This document shows positions 1 through 15,247 of a stretch of DNA of 64,000 nucleotides, piece after piece; the first letter of the stretch is position 1; every line of letters starts with the position of its first letter. Source of the DNA: Pelomyxa schiedti (taxonomy: Eukaryota > Protista > Evosea); contig JAHLWZ010000791.1 in assembly GCA_020536535.1 (NCBI GenBank), forward strand, positions 62,001-126,000. The letters are read 5' to 3'. A model generated the notes under the pieces. That model was given only the letters and a program-made list of their open reading frames with translations, was not told the DNA's origin and made no database searches. A program made the position numbers and the translations under genes.

Positions 1-1151
1 ACTTGGTCACCTTCTTCTGTACCACATGTTTCAATAGGCACCACTGCCGGAAGAACTCCTTCAGTGGCTGATCCAGTGCCAGTAAGGTTTGCTACATCAG
101 AGAGTCGATGTGATGCGCGCTCCTTTGCTTCTGCAATCCTTGCAGCTTTTGCTGCGCGAACTATCTCAGGGTCCAGTGTTGCTTCCCAGCGAGAAACGGC
201 AGCTCGCGAGGCAGCGTCAGCAACAACAACAGCTTCACATTCACGCTGAGTGAGGGAGAACTCTCGAACAACGTGAATTGCGGTTTCAAGGGAAATCATG
301 TGGCCAATAGAAATGAAAACGGGATTACTTGCCTGCGTTGCCTGAGTTGCAAAAACAGCAGCCACACCCAAAACTCTGCCATTACGCGCACTGGAAGCAG
401 AAGCTGATGTTGCGGAGGACGCAGTACAAACGGCCGTGGGTGACGATGATGCAGTGGAGGTAGTGGCAGTTGGTGAGGTGGAAGTGGAAGTGGAAGGTAC
501 TGTGGATATACCTCTTATGGTGACAACCCTTTCGTTCGGGGAAGTAGCCTCATTTGGGCCTAATTCCCACTGAAGCATTGTCTCCTTTTCTCCCACTCCA
601 TCGGCGAACAACGGCGTCTTGGCCACACCAATACTTGGCCAGTTTAGCTCAAATCCCACGTGAGAAGCAGACCCGAATGCGCGAGGGTGCCATATCCCAT
701 TTCCATCAATAATCAACACACTGTTAGCAGGAGTAGCATCTGGAAAGTCAACTGCCATTCTGCCCTGTATGAGCTCTTTGAAAGCCGGAACTTCACGGAA
801 TGCCAAGTAGCCACTAGGGTAGTTCATGTGCGAAGTGTTGTGCTGCACAAGAACACAACATTTGGCATGAGTGTGGGCATCCAGCACAGCTACACAGGCA
901 AAACTCTGTGTTGGGTCCACAGGGGAGAACGAAATATCACACCCAATTACATACCTACACCCAAAGCACCCCAAAAAAGAATATGCATCATTTCAGTAAG
1001 TGATGATCCCGGCATTACAAACAAAATGAGGGATACAAAACAAAACAAAAAAAAATTACTTGAGGTCATTGTGGTAGTCAATTGCATCCGTAGTAATTAC
1101 CTTTGGAGCACACTCCAATTGGTATTTGGTCCACGCACTCACATCAGACAT
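1..1151 (-). CDS. ENDOV: Endonuclease V (inosine-specific nuclease), 2+ exons, runs off the left edge
   Basis: Manual translation gives MSDVSAWTKYQLECAPKVITTD, then an intron, then YVIGCDISF, NYPSGYLAFREVP, IIDGNGIWHPRAFGSASHVG, PSIGVAK, PVFISIGHMISLETA and EAVVVAD. These are the EndoV catalytic and wedge motifs in order. No stop is reached before base 1. Confidence 0.92.
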
Positions 1152-1244
1152 GTTGTGTTTATTTTGTTTGTCCACGGTCAAAAAAGATTGGCGTCGCTTT
1201 TACTGCCCCAATCTTTTCCGGGAACGAAAACCACCTTTTTTTTT

Positions 1245-2390
1245 TCAAGTAATCCTTTCCCCTTGTAAAAACTCCTCGTACGCAATGCGTTGTGTGGCAT
1301 CTATGACATAGTAGCCATTGCATTGTACAAGTCATTGCCAACAGTTCTCTGCAAGCAAGAAGCCTGTGTCATAGCAGAGTGAATAATTCTGACTTAGAGT
1401 GGCTGGAGTGAAAGGGCGGCCTCGTTTGGGGAGCGACGTACTCGCACCCATATCGGGTGGATGATAATCAATATGAACATGTACAGTGGGTCAACGGCTG
1501 CAAATATGACTATAGTTGTTATTTCCTGTGTTTTGATGGCGTCGTCTACGTCTATGCAGTGTGTGTTAGGGTGGAAGCTTCGTTTGATGTTGGGAAAGTA
1601 CCTATCCAGCTCAGTATGACAGGGTCGGTGTCAATGGGAAATGGTGCAGTCACGCCGCTTAGAATTTCTTTGGCTGTGTCAATATTATCCTGGGTTGGAG
1701 TTACGCCGGACTGGATTGTGTTGTCCCTCCATCTCATCAAGCAGGCATAGGCATCAAATGAACCTTCAACGGCACAGCCAAGACTGGATGCAGTGCATAT
1801 GGCTAAGTACTTGACTGGGGCTTGCGAATCCGATTCAGTCTCATTCAAACCGAAAACGGGAGCGAGGAACCCCAGTGACGGCTTGCTGGAATCAAAGAGC
1901 ATAGCTTCGTAGTTTAGGGGAGCTGTTCTGTTGAAATCCACAACGGGCTATCCGGAGTATTCAACTGTACAGGTTTTTCTCCGCTATCAACCAATCGATA
2001 TGAAAAGCAGTTGGCATTGATCTTTTTGTTGTTGAGGAAAAGTGGGTGAAAAAGGGATAGATACATACTCGACGGTTTTTAAATGCCAAAATCCAAGCCA
2101 CAAACACAAGACTGGGACCTTTGATTTTTCAAAAGAATCAGTAAGCACAATGAAAAACACAAAGCAGGCAGTAACGTCGTACCCACTAGCAGGCCCAAAA
2201 CAACACCGGCCCAAACAAACGGAACTCGAACCCACGGCCAAAGCCACCCCAAACCACGCTCCGTGAAAAACCAATGCTGCCTTCCCACTCGCCCGATCTC
2301 GTCGCCCGTATTATGCGGCGCGGCGGAAGGCACACGAGCTTGGCATTGGTTGTCTGTTTCGGTGGGTTTTTTCGGCGAAGGGTGCTCCAA
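1245..2390 (-). CDS. Hypothetical multi-exon protein, possibly secreted or membrane-anchored; start uncertain
   Basis: ORF 1552-1941 plus flanking exon-like frames, with a hydrophobic segment near 2150-2260 and a stop at 1245-1247. No family recognised. Confidence 0.4.
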
Positions 2391-2576
2391 GCGCTTGGTG
2401 GCCCGGAACTGGAAAAAATCTACTGGAGTAAATGTCCTGTTTTATGGTGAAACTATCAACAAATTTGTTGTTACTTTACAAAAGCCAAGGTGGGCTGGAG
2501 GATAGAGGAATGGAGCGGACAGGTGTACGGTAGCTATACATGGGTAGGGTACGTTGGTGAGCGGGGAGGTTTTGAT

Positions 2577-5500
2577 TTAGATGATGGGTGGGTCATTGTC
2601 CTTGGACCAGAAGTATCTCCGGGCAAGGTCGTTTTGTCTGAGCGCCAGTATGGCCCGTATGCTGGGGTTATTCACTGATTCGGTAATCCAGTCCTCGGCT
2701 TGCTGGATGACTTCGGCTGATATCTCATTCGAGAACGTCGGGAAGACGTGGAGGACGTGTAGTTGTGTCTGGCAGGAGGCTGGATTGAAGTTTGGAATAG
2801 ATTGTAAACTAACAGTGAGGGTGGGGAAACTTGACTGTATCATTGTCGGCGAGCACATAGCGGATGGGGATGTGGGCATTTGTGGTGATACGTTTGGTGT
2901 GAAGGTTTGGAACTGGGGTGTGGGGGTGTATGCGAAGGGGGTATTATGTGGGGGTATGTCATGGTTAAATGATACCGGTTGCTGTACCTGTTGCTGCACC
3001 TGTATAAAAGGGGTGGCGCGCGGTTCACTGAATGCAAACCCGCAAGTGCTGGGATTATTGGAAGTGTAATGCTGAAGTGGTTGGGATGAAGGAGGAAACG
3101 AAAACTGCTTTGGTAACGGATTTAGATTTGGCATTGGCCTTGTTGAAAAGTCACATGAATTGAGTTGGAGGTTGTATTCGAGTGGCTGAGGTGAAATGGG
3201 GGGAAATAGCTTTCCTTTCAGTGACAGGAGCCACAACTGTAACTCGGTAAGAGATTGGGCGTGCCCCTGCTTGGCTGCTTTGAGGAGATTTTTCAAGGCC
3301 TGAGTGCGATCTCTAAGCGTACCAATCCCAACCCACTGGAGCCATGCTAGACGCCTAGTGAAAGGTTTAATGTGTGGGTGTTCATTTTCTAACATACCTC
3401 TGCGCATCGGCAAAGCCCAAAGTGGCAGAGAGTGTGTACCAGTTAACAGCTTTCATGAAATTACTGTGAACTCCAAGTCCACGTTCATATAACCAGGCCA
3501 GGCTTTTATCCAAGTGAGTAAATGGTGTTGCCTTGAAGTAGCAAACCTGCACTGCGATTCAAAATCTCCTTTTTCACTTGCAATACGGTAATACTTGGCG
3601 GCCTTCTTCCAACTTTGTGCAACTCCTATTCCAACTTCATAACAATGGCCAAGCCAACCATGTGCTGGGGCATCCCCCCGTAAACAAGCACTCCTTTTTA
3701 GAACGGTTACTCACACATCAAAGTATTTGTGCGCACTTTAAAAGCCTTATTCCTTCTTGTGGGTCACATCCGCAGACACCCGCGCCATCTCCTCTCAAGT
3801 GGCGTACTGCAAGGGCTCGCTGTGCAGGTGCACAATGCTGCGAAGCTGCACTTGCCCAAAGTTGTGTTGCTTTGTGGGAATCTCGTCGCACATATAGTCT
3901 ATATGTGTTTAAATAATTTATCACTGGAGAAAAAAAAAATCATACGTGAAGGTTGCTAATAACGCTCTAGCAGCAGGAAAATCACAATGTTGAAGGAAAA
4001 AGGATTCAGCAGCATCTTGCTCGGCTGTGGGTGCTTTCCGGAGTAGTTCAATGGTTGCATCATTGGAGGGCACGTCAAATACTACATTTCTACTGGTACT
4101 TGCTTGAGTCAATTCCTTCGAACTGCCATAAGGTTGAAGTCCAGTGTCAATCGTTGCATTACTACAAATTGGTCTTCCCCCAGGACCAATCACTCCAATG
4201 CTGGCAGCAACCCCATCCCCCATTATTTCTGGACGGGTCCACCAGCACCAGTTTAAAATTGCAAAAGCAGGAATGCACCTTTCAGTTGTTGTGAGTGCAA
4301 CATATTTTGAGTCATGTGTATAAGAAAACACCTTGGTGAAAGGCAAAGTGCCGTTCGCAGTGCATAGGTAGCATGGGACATCTGACCCGAGTGTATATTC
4401 TGCAAGGCAGTGTGAAGAAGAGAATGTAATGAGGGTCCTCCAGGACCAGCTGTAGGTCCGGGTGATGCCTGTGCCAGTGTCACACATGAAGATGCCGTGC
4501 TGATGATCTTAAGGAAAAAAATGAAGATGCTTGCATCTTGTACCATTGGGGGGAAGGCGAGGAATCCGAAGCATTGGGGTCATTCCAACACGCAACAACC
4601 ACGGTTTTATCATGAGATGTATTCCAAAACACTTGTACGCCTGGTTGCTGTAAGATTGCACGTGCAAGAGCTGTTTGAGGGTTAAAATAATGAATGTTAC
4701 GAACTCTCTCATCTTACTTGTTCTCTCGGAAGAAGGCGGGAGGGAAATACACGCTCGCTTTCTGTGGTAGAACTGAATTAGATGTTGCAATAAAAAGAGA
4801 AGTTGGAGAAGGAATACGGTGATGGTGCTGAAATTTTTTCGTCTTCACTGGAACTAGTTCCAGGAGAAGAATGGTTTGATTTCCTCGTGTCCAGCATGGG
4901 AGGAGTTCCGTTACTCAGAGGGGATGTGGATGACGAAGTATCACTCGAGAATGGAGTATTTGAGCGTGTACTAGGGGAAAGTGTATTTTTGAGTACTGGG
5001 GTTCCCTCTTGGCATCGAGGCGGTAGAATGATCTGCGCCTTATGAGTTAGTTAAAACTTGACAAAGATATTGCCCACATTGTCTATTTCATGTTCTGTTG
5101 GAAGAGTCCATAGCCGAGAGCATATTGATCCCCCATGTAAAAATATGTTGGAGGCAATCAGCTCCTGTTTGTGATATGTGGTTGCGCAGTGCATCCACCA
5201 ACTCTCGATACTTTTATCTCTAGAGGCTGTACTACTATCCGAAGTTGCTTCTGTGTTCTCAACTTTCACAATTGGCGGCTTGGTAGTTGGTGGGTTGTCT
5301 CCAGGTTTTGTGGTAGGCTGGGGCGACAAATTACTGCCTGTATTGCTGGTTCCAGAGGAATCAAATAGCTCCGCACACATCCCACTATGTCTTTCTGGTT
5401 CAGCAAGGGTACGTTGTTGTTTACATTTATTTGGCCTATTTATATTATTAGTAAAAAATCTGGAGAGGAACGTTAATAAAACGCAAATTGTACCTTCTGC

Positions 5501-5952
5501 CCAGTCTGCACACAATAACACTGAGATGGGACACACGGCACAGAGGCAAGATAGTCATGCCCTCAGGTTTGTTGATTGAGATATATACCTCGCAATTTTG
5601 GGGCAAATTACTGTGCATCACCGACTTGATAGCTGTTTTTTTTTTTTTTTAATACCCCGATTTCTTCGTTGGATTCGATAACAACGGGGGAAAAAAACGA
5701 ACCGTGAGTGAAAGCTTTCCAGCAGTGCTTGCATTGTTTGTCAGGGGATTTGTTGTGGTTGCACACGAGGATTTGTTTGGGCGTAGCATCAGATCTCAAA
5801 ACGCTTTCATTTCCATTCACCGACACAACGCACGCCTTTACCGTATTTCCGTGTGTGACAAGGTTCGATGTTGCAGCGGCGGTAGCCGACGATGATATCG
5901 ATGAATGGCAACAGCCCTCAAGATTCTTGGTTGCTGTATCGCCTTGCTGCAT
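2577..5952 (-). CDS. Sel1-like repeat protein (multi-exon)
   Basis: Repeated Sel1-type units: KATQLWASAASQHCAPAQRALAVRHLRGDG, YEVGIGVAQSWKKAAKYYRIASEKGDFESQ and RLAWLQWVGIGTLRDRTQALKNLLKAAKQGHAQS. Linkage of the 5' exons (4500-5952) is inferred. Confidence 0.68.
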
Positions 5953-6227
5953 GAGTCGAATCTATCTTTCAGTTTCTTTTAGTTCAGCGAATTCCCGAAC
6001 CAATCAAACAACAACGATCTGTCCCGAAAAGCATTAATAGAACTTTCAGAACACTGAAATCCTCCTTCCGGGGGCCAAGAATAGTGAATCGTCCAAAAAA
6101 GATTGGGGATGAACAACTCCAGAGCGACAGCGCCAAACGCACAAGCCAAATTGGGTGGCACGGAAACAAACAAACAAAAAAAACACTTGTTGTTGGTTTT
6201 TAAACTAAAAAAAACAGTGTGCTTTTT

Positions 6228-8343
6228 TTACACAGAGAGTTCGTCGTCTTCTGTTTGAGAGCCTGAGCTCGAACTCAGAGTCTTCATCTCAATTCCGTCG
6301 GATTTTTCGTCATCCTTAATGGGATTCGTGTGGAATGTCATTTTTGTTGGGAAGGAGGTGTGTTACTGAGTCATCTTGCGTGTCATCAACAACGTTGTTC
6401 TCTCCTGCATGGCATATTGCCCAAGTCAACGGAATTGGTCCAAACGTCTGGTGTGGTCAGTTACATAATTTGCTACAAAGGGGAACTGACCTGTGTGAGA
6501 GCAATCTCACACAATAGACCAGTATTTAGAACAGGCCCAAAATCGGGGTAAAGCGTGGTAACTTCTGCCGCAAGACCCACACTTACTCCTCCCTTGAATG
6601 TTGGCGCGTTATTCAGTTCTTTGGTGTGGAAGGAAAAGAGTAGTAACCTCTGTGAAGAATCCCAGGCAACTCATAACTCTTTTTGATCCAGCAAGAGGGC
6701 TGCATGCGGGAAGTAATGATGATACCACTGTGGCCAATATATGAAGTGCAAACAAGCACAGTGAAAACTGCCAGACATGGGGAAAGGCCGAGACGTTCAA
6801 GCTTAGCCCCGCAATTGTGAAGAAAAGAACAAATACAAGTGGTACACCCACGCCCAACACACGCTTCAACTATCCCAGTTCGCGTTAGTTCTAACTTACA
6901 TGTGGAAAAATATACCTGAACTCTTTTGGAGGTGTAATTAGTGATGATGAAGCAACAAATGACGTCTGTGAGCAAAGGTTCGAAAGACAAACTGAGAGGT
7001 TTGACATTAATTTTCTTCAATGCTATTTGCAGAGATGTGAGCGCAAGTCTACAAAGTGTTAGATTAATATCTTGGGTACGCATGTAATTACGCAGTTGCA
7101 GCAAATACACAGGCCAGTAGAAAGTCTTCTACACTTTGCACCGAAGGCAACAAGGTGCGGAGCCACTGTGGGTATGTCTCTTTTGTCAAGTATTTCTTTT
7201 GGCCAATTTTATCTGTTTTACAAGTCATTTGAGGTATAGAATTGCCTTTTTTTGGCGGGTAGGGATTGCACTAACCACACAAATATAGTCGCAGAAAGGG
7301 AATGTGGAGTAGTCCAAAGAAGAAAAGACTAACAAAGCCACCCATAATGCCAGTAATTGTGAGATTTACAAGCAAATCCACAAAAACCTGTTCTCATGTC
7401 ATAGATAGCTCAACAAGAATTGTATTTACCCAAATTGTAATTCCATCACCAGCAAGCCCGGATGCAATGGAACATGCAATCACCCATTCGATGAGCACAA
7501 GAAATTGGATAATCATGATAATTTGCAGAACGAATCTGCAGTAAGGACCGTTTGCATTGAGCTGTTTGAGTGCTGAAACAACTGCCAAGCGAGTTAAAAA
7601 GGGAAACCATGGTTCTTTTATACTTGCACTGGGGCTTCTACAGGTGCATACTGTAGCAGAAAGAAGAGCAACGCTTATGCCCTGTTGGATGGTAAGTGTG
7701 TCCATCCATGGCAAAACGGTGCGTAGAAGTGCCAGACTGCCACATATGATACCCATACTGACCGCCATCGACTTTAAGCTCCAAAAGAGCAATTTTGGAA
7801 CACTGACAATATATTTTGTATAAAATTCCTATCACACATAAATTAGGGTCCCTCATTATGATCTTTTTGTGAAGGCTTACTGATGCTGCAATAAAACAAA
7901 TCCAAGCCAATGAAGTCTTGGACAAATACTTCAAGTTTACACCACTGCTCTTATCAAAAATTTCTAGGACATAAGGTCCCGTCAGAATCCCAGTCAACAG
8001 GAATCCTGTAATCATAGGCAACTCTATAATGCACAAAGGATATCTCCGTGAGGGGAAAAGCAAAGAAAAAGACAAAAGACACAAAAAAAGAAGCAAATTA
8101 TGCGCACTTATTGTAGAAAACCATCTGCCAACACCCAAAGAAGCAGCACACACAACTGCCAATTTGGCTGTATCGAGAGCAGACGCCCCAATATCAATGT
8201 CATTGGTCGTCGTTGTGCCGAGTGACGACACTGACGACATATCCGTCCGTGGAGATCTCCCCCTTGACGATCTGTTGTTTAATTAATTATGTGTAATTTC
8301 AACGCTTCCAGATGACAACCCGTAATTTTCTGCTTCGGTCCAT
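6228..8343 (-). CDS. Cation/proton antiporter (Na+/H+ exchanger family), multi-exon
   Basis: Many TM segments. LPMITGFLLTGILTGPYVL, CRSPSASI...LNANGPY and LVFVLFFTIAGLSL are typical of CPA-family antiporters. Stop TAA at 6228-6230. Confidence 0.8.
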
Positions 8344-8416
8344 TTTTCGTTCTTGCTAAAAATGGCCCGGCGAAGACGAGAATTCTAAAAAAAGGTTTGT
8401 GTTGTTCAAAACAATT

Positions 8417-11400
8417 CTACAGGAAGTCAACAAGCTGTGGTTTTTGCCTCTTCTTGCTTTTCTCCCACTCACAGAACCTATGAACGTGCTTTGCCCATTC
8501 ATTTAGGGCTCTTGTGAGATACACCTGCTGTGCCGGGGGCACATCAGTAAGTGAGCTGAATGGTAGTGGATTGGTGCTTGTTGTGCTGCTTGTGAGTGCA
8601 CTTGTTGGTAGTGTTGTGCTGATGGCCGTGGTTGCAACTCGGAGCCTGGCAATTTTCAAGTATGACTCGATTTTTGAGTAGATTAGCCTATGTTTTTGGG
8701 GGAAAGCGGAGAGTTAGTAAAGTGTTATAATGCGTGTGAGAGTGGTGCCTGTTGACAGCCGCACTATCGTTGTTTGGGTCAATTGCAGGATTTCCTCCGT
8801 GGTTACGGTTGGCTATTAACTGAACCAAGTAAGAGAGTTCCTAATACTTGGGGATTGGGTCACCTTAAAAAGGAGTACTTGATAGTAGTACGCCCGAACG
8901 AGACAGCTCTTAATGATGGTTAGAGTACTTGCAATACCGAAAGTGTTGAAATACCCAATGCAAGAAGAAATAGAAGAAATGCTTGCGAATGAAGAACTCC
9001 ACAAACAGGTGCTGTTTATATTTAGAGTTTCATAAACAAAGTGATCCAACCTGTCTAGTAGAAAGGAAGAATATATCACCGTGCTTGTATATCAAGGAGA
9101 GTATCTTAGGAAGAGGTTAACACAAAACAAAAAAGTTGTAAAACTATACCCTGCATAGAACCATGTGATGATCAACGGAGATTATAACTAACAAAAGTAA
9201 GTTATGCACCCAATATTCATCCACACACCATCTAAGCCTTGACAAAAGAATTGCACATCAAACTGGGGGCCAAGAACTTTGTTGTGTTTTACCAAACAGT
9301 CAAACCATCTATCCATAATCCCAAAGGTTGCTGTGGTACATTAAGGGCACCAAAATATTATTAAAAATTAAAAAACCAGCAATTGCGACATGGTCAACTG
9401 CGTTTGTCTTCAAAAAAGATATTCTGGCAGGGTTAGTTGTAAAATGGATGGGAGAAACGCACTTCATTAAAGCATTTAGAACACGCAAGTCATTTGGTAA
9501 AGTAAATTCCTCTAGTTCATGAAGTTGTGCAAAGGTGGTGTACTGGGCCGTACCCCCCATTTGAAATTCTTGGAAGTAGCCTTGCATTAACTGTGAATAT
9601 CCAGGTAATAATTTCCAGTTGAAGGATGGACTTTTTCCCGTAAGGAAAGTAATTATAAAAGAGGTAATTAAATTACGTGGTTTTGACAAGCCCGCCCACA
9701 TACAGAAAGAGCTCTTTCAAAAATGATAGAAAAATAGTTTTAAAAGATAGCAGCCACTGCGATGAGGTTATACACAACTAGAAAATATGGAGTTAAGGCA
9801 CATACTGTATTATCACTCTTCAATATTTTGGAATCTTCTTCGTCAACATGGACCTTCGTGGCAGTTAATAACCTGGTGGTAAATTGTACCAAAATAAAGG
9901 TACTTTCAATAAAGACTCGTGAAATCGCGGCCACTGGAAAATAGCAGGAAATTCTTTGTGTTGCTCAATAACAACCTCTTCACTCGTTAAGGTTTGTTTA
10001 CGAAAATACGAAAAAACTCAACAACCTTCAGGAGGCGAAAAAGGTGGTTCGAGGATAAAATTGGATGGCAGATTATTGCAAATAAAGGTTCGAAAACCTG
10101 AGTAGGAGTAGGCTGACGATATTAAGTAGTGTGAAAAACGTACTTGGAACTCGCAGGAAAAGTACAGGAAGTAATTTTGTGCACAGACGGAGGTAATTTG
10201 CAGGAAGTTCCATAAATCTTTTGGGCTATTGTTGCGAATAATTGAGAACATTTCACAGTTTTCAGAACTTACAAGTTCAAAAGGTGGAAAGTTTCCTCTT
10301 TGGAGATGGAGGGGAGGACTTGGAGGAACTGGAGTTGACTGTAATGGACTGGAAGGGAGTCCTGTGGGAAGTGATGGACTTGAAGGTATGGAGGCAACGG
10401 CGGAAATAGTCGGTATGAGTTGGGTCGGTGACGGCAAAGGATTTACTTCTGTGGTAGGGGCCACTGGGTCTCCAGGAGATGGACTGTTAATTCCGACTTG
10501 TTGTGGCACTGTAGGTTCCTTTGTGGGCTGCGATTGTTCGTCAATATTTATTGCAGGTTCTCCATCACTCAGTGGTCTGGGTTGCTCTCCTTTTAGAGGA
10601 GTTTGATCTATGTCACTTCCTTCACCTCCGGATTTCGGTGCCTCGCCAGAATTTCCCGTGCTCTCCTCTTGTATTGGCGGCAAGGCAAACAATTCCTGTG
10701 GTGTTGAAGGAGATTCCTGGGGAATGGTGGCCTTTAAATCCCCTGCCTCCAGCCTTGCACGCACTTCCTCTGCACTGGGCTTGAGAGTACCATCAGCAAC
10801 TTCTTTATCCGTGGAGGACATTCCAAAGTCACCCAAACTAATGGTAGAAAGGGATGAGAGTGTAGTAGATGGTGCTTCAGGTTGCAAAGCAGATTCCGCA
10901 GCTTCAATGGCAGAAGCATGAGGTGGTGTGTAAAGCCGTATTGATGATGCTGTTGCTGCAGCCATTGATGAACATGATGTGTTTGATACAGATATTTGAG
11001 CTAGAAAATTGTAATGGTAAGTGCAAATAAAACTGTGGCGAAAAAAAAACCGTCAGGCAGGTCAAGATTTATTGCTTGGCTCTGTTTGCTCAATATGCCA
11101 GTAATGAGATGTATTGTAGAAAACAGTAGATGACGATATCTGAGGGCACAAAATAGAATAGAATCTGTGCTTCCTCCTTTGACAATGTCATCAGTAAAAG
11201 AAAAAAGCTCTAGCTCTGGCCTGTTTAAGACTTAAAAGGGAACGTATATTTCCCTAGTAATACCTAATCATTACAGCATAGATGGCATTGAAGAATGATG
11301 GGTGTATTTCGTGAGGTGGTAACTGTTCCATAATCAGCAGTGTATGGTGCCAACACTCAAGTAAGCACTGATGAACCGTATCCGTGAATTCACTGAGCAT

Positions 11401-12592
11401 AGTCACTGCAATGTTGTAAAAAGCAGAAATACATACTTGGGCTGTTCGACTATTTGCATATTTGATAAAACCGTAATAACTTTGTCCAGGTATTGTGCTA
11501 TGGTATTTACAGCTAGTCGCTGTTGGTCCACAGGGGAGGGTGAAAAGGTGAGAAACAAAGTTTGGAGGGAAATGTGGACAGACTTGTTGTTGATCTGGAA
11601 CAATGAATTTGTCACTTAGTTCCCACATAACAGGAACAAGCTCCTTTACTACTGCTTTGTCCAGCAGTATTGACCTTTAATTGTAATTTTAGACTTCAAA
11701 AAAGAGAGAAAAAAAAAAAAAAAAAGAAAAAAAAAGTAAACGGAGCCACATACCAGTGCCGATATTTCTCGAGCTTAGTAGGTTGTTTAAATAAGGAAGT
11801 TGATAAAATATGCAAAAGGCCGCCACTAACAGCAGTAGCGGCCGAAGAATTCGAGGCAGGGGAGGCAGCTCCAGGGCCACCCTTTGCGGAGCCCGGCGGT
11901 TGCCTGCTAGGTGACAGCGCCCTCGTGTTTGACACCACACCACTACTGCTACCACCACTGGCAGTTGTACTCGTAGAAGTGTTGATTCCTGGTGACAATT
12001 GCGATGCTGAGGGTGATGTGGCAGTTGATGAGGGTGATGACGACGCCGTCGAAGGAGAAGGCACAGAAGGAAGAGTTATGGGAACAGAAGGTGTCCCAGT
12101 AGTGGCCGTGCTCGTGCTCGTACTCGTACTAGTGCTAGTACCGGTGCCGGTACTGGTACTGGTACTGGTACTGGTAGCGGTGTTGCTAGCGGGGGTAGAG
12201 GCGGCGGCTGCGGTGCTGATAGTAATTGTGGGATGAGGTGGTGAGGAGGACGACGGCTGCTGGTCGTCGACATCGCCTTTTGTTGTAGTTGCCGATGTGT
12301 CGGCTGTGGTTGGGATTGCTGTCGCTGTTGAGGTTGCAGTTGCAGTTGCATTTGCATTTGCATTTGCCGGCGTGCTGCCGGCTCCCGTGCGCCCTTGTCG
12401 TGGCTGGTGGGTGCTGGTGATGGGGCTGACCGTGGTGGTTGCCGCGCCGCCGGGGGAAGCTGTGGTTGTGGCTGTGGCTGTGGTGGTGGGCGGGGGCGGC
12501 GGGTGCGTGTGGGGAGCGGGGGGCGGGGTCGTGTACGCCGCGGCTGCGGCCGCCGCTGCTACGCGTTGTATGGCATTGGCTATGCTCTGCAT
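8417..12592 (-). CDS. Large multi-exon protein with a low-complexity N-terminus and a possible degenerate RasGAP-like domain
   Basis: Collinear minus-strand ORFs (11696-12592, 11403-11615, 10018-10965, 9740-9934, 9309-9701, 8417-8659) separated by intron-like gaps. LPNDLRVLNALMK...IAGFLIFNNILVPLM resembles the RasGAP P..LR...GFLFLRF..PA segment. Confidence 0.5.
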
Positions 12593-13011
12593 CTATGCCG
12601 ATACACCCACGCTCGCGACCCTACTTGTTTCGAGTTGTGGAGCGACCTTCTTTTTTTTTTCTTTTTTCCCTTCGCTTTTTTCGGCTTCGGTCCCCTTCTT
12701 CTTTTTCTTCTCCTTTGAAAACCAGATCCTTTTTTTCTTTGTGGTGATGGAAAGGAGGATGGAAAAGTGGGCACAGACACCATCGTGGTACATGAGAACA
12801 CGCCAAATGATCGATGCTTCCATTCTCCCAAAGGAGAGATGCAAGAACCACGTCAGTACGAACGTTCTCCATAAAAGTTTACACGAACGCGGGAAGAAAA
12901 AAAAAAGGGAATGTTACAGGAAATGTTGTTACTTTTCTTTTTTAGTTCATCCCAAGTCTCGTTTGTGGGTTTTCTTTTTAGAAAAAACCAACTAACCAGT
13001 TAGAGAGTGGT

Positions 13012-14817
<1,806 letters not shown>

Positions 14818-15247
14818 TTTGTATTTAAATGTGGGTTCCTCTTTTTTTGTTTTTTGTATGTTTTGGTCTTCGGACCGGGGCCTTAAAAAGCAAATTTTTT
14901 CGTTTTGACTTTTTTCGCTAAAAACATAGAGGCGTCAAAAAGGTGCTTAAAAAAAGCCTTTGTTTTCGAAACTTTTTTTGGCAGGCGGCCTGGGACATTG
15001 CGACCGAACTTCCGCTATCGAAAAAGTGGATGTGTAAATTCTCATGAGAACATCAACACCCTCGTGGGAGAACAAAAAAAGCATCGAAGTTTTGGTGAAA
15101 TTTTTCTTAGTGTAGTGGTACAAATGCTGGTATGAACATTTGTAGAACCGGAATGAGTGAGGAGAGAGTTTGTTTGGTTGCTGTTGCTGTATTTATATGG
15201 GTATAGTAGATAATAAGATAGTGTGGAATAGTGTTTGGTAGTGGGTT

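Noticed and set aside
11670-12995. Plus-strand Val/Ala-rich ORFs and (GTACTG)n, (GTGCTC)n repeats
   Set aside because: These are the antisense reading of the Thr/Ser low-complexity exon on the minus strand.
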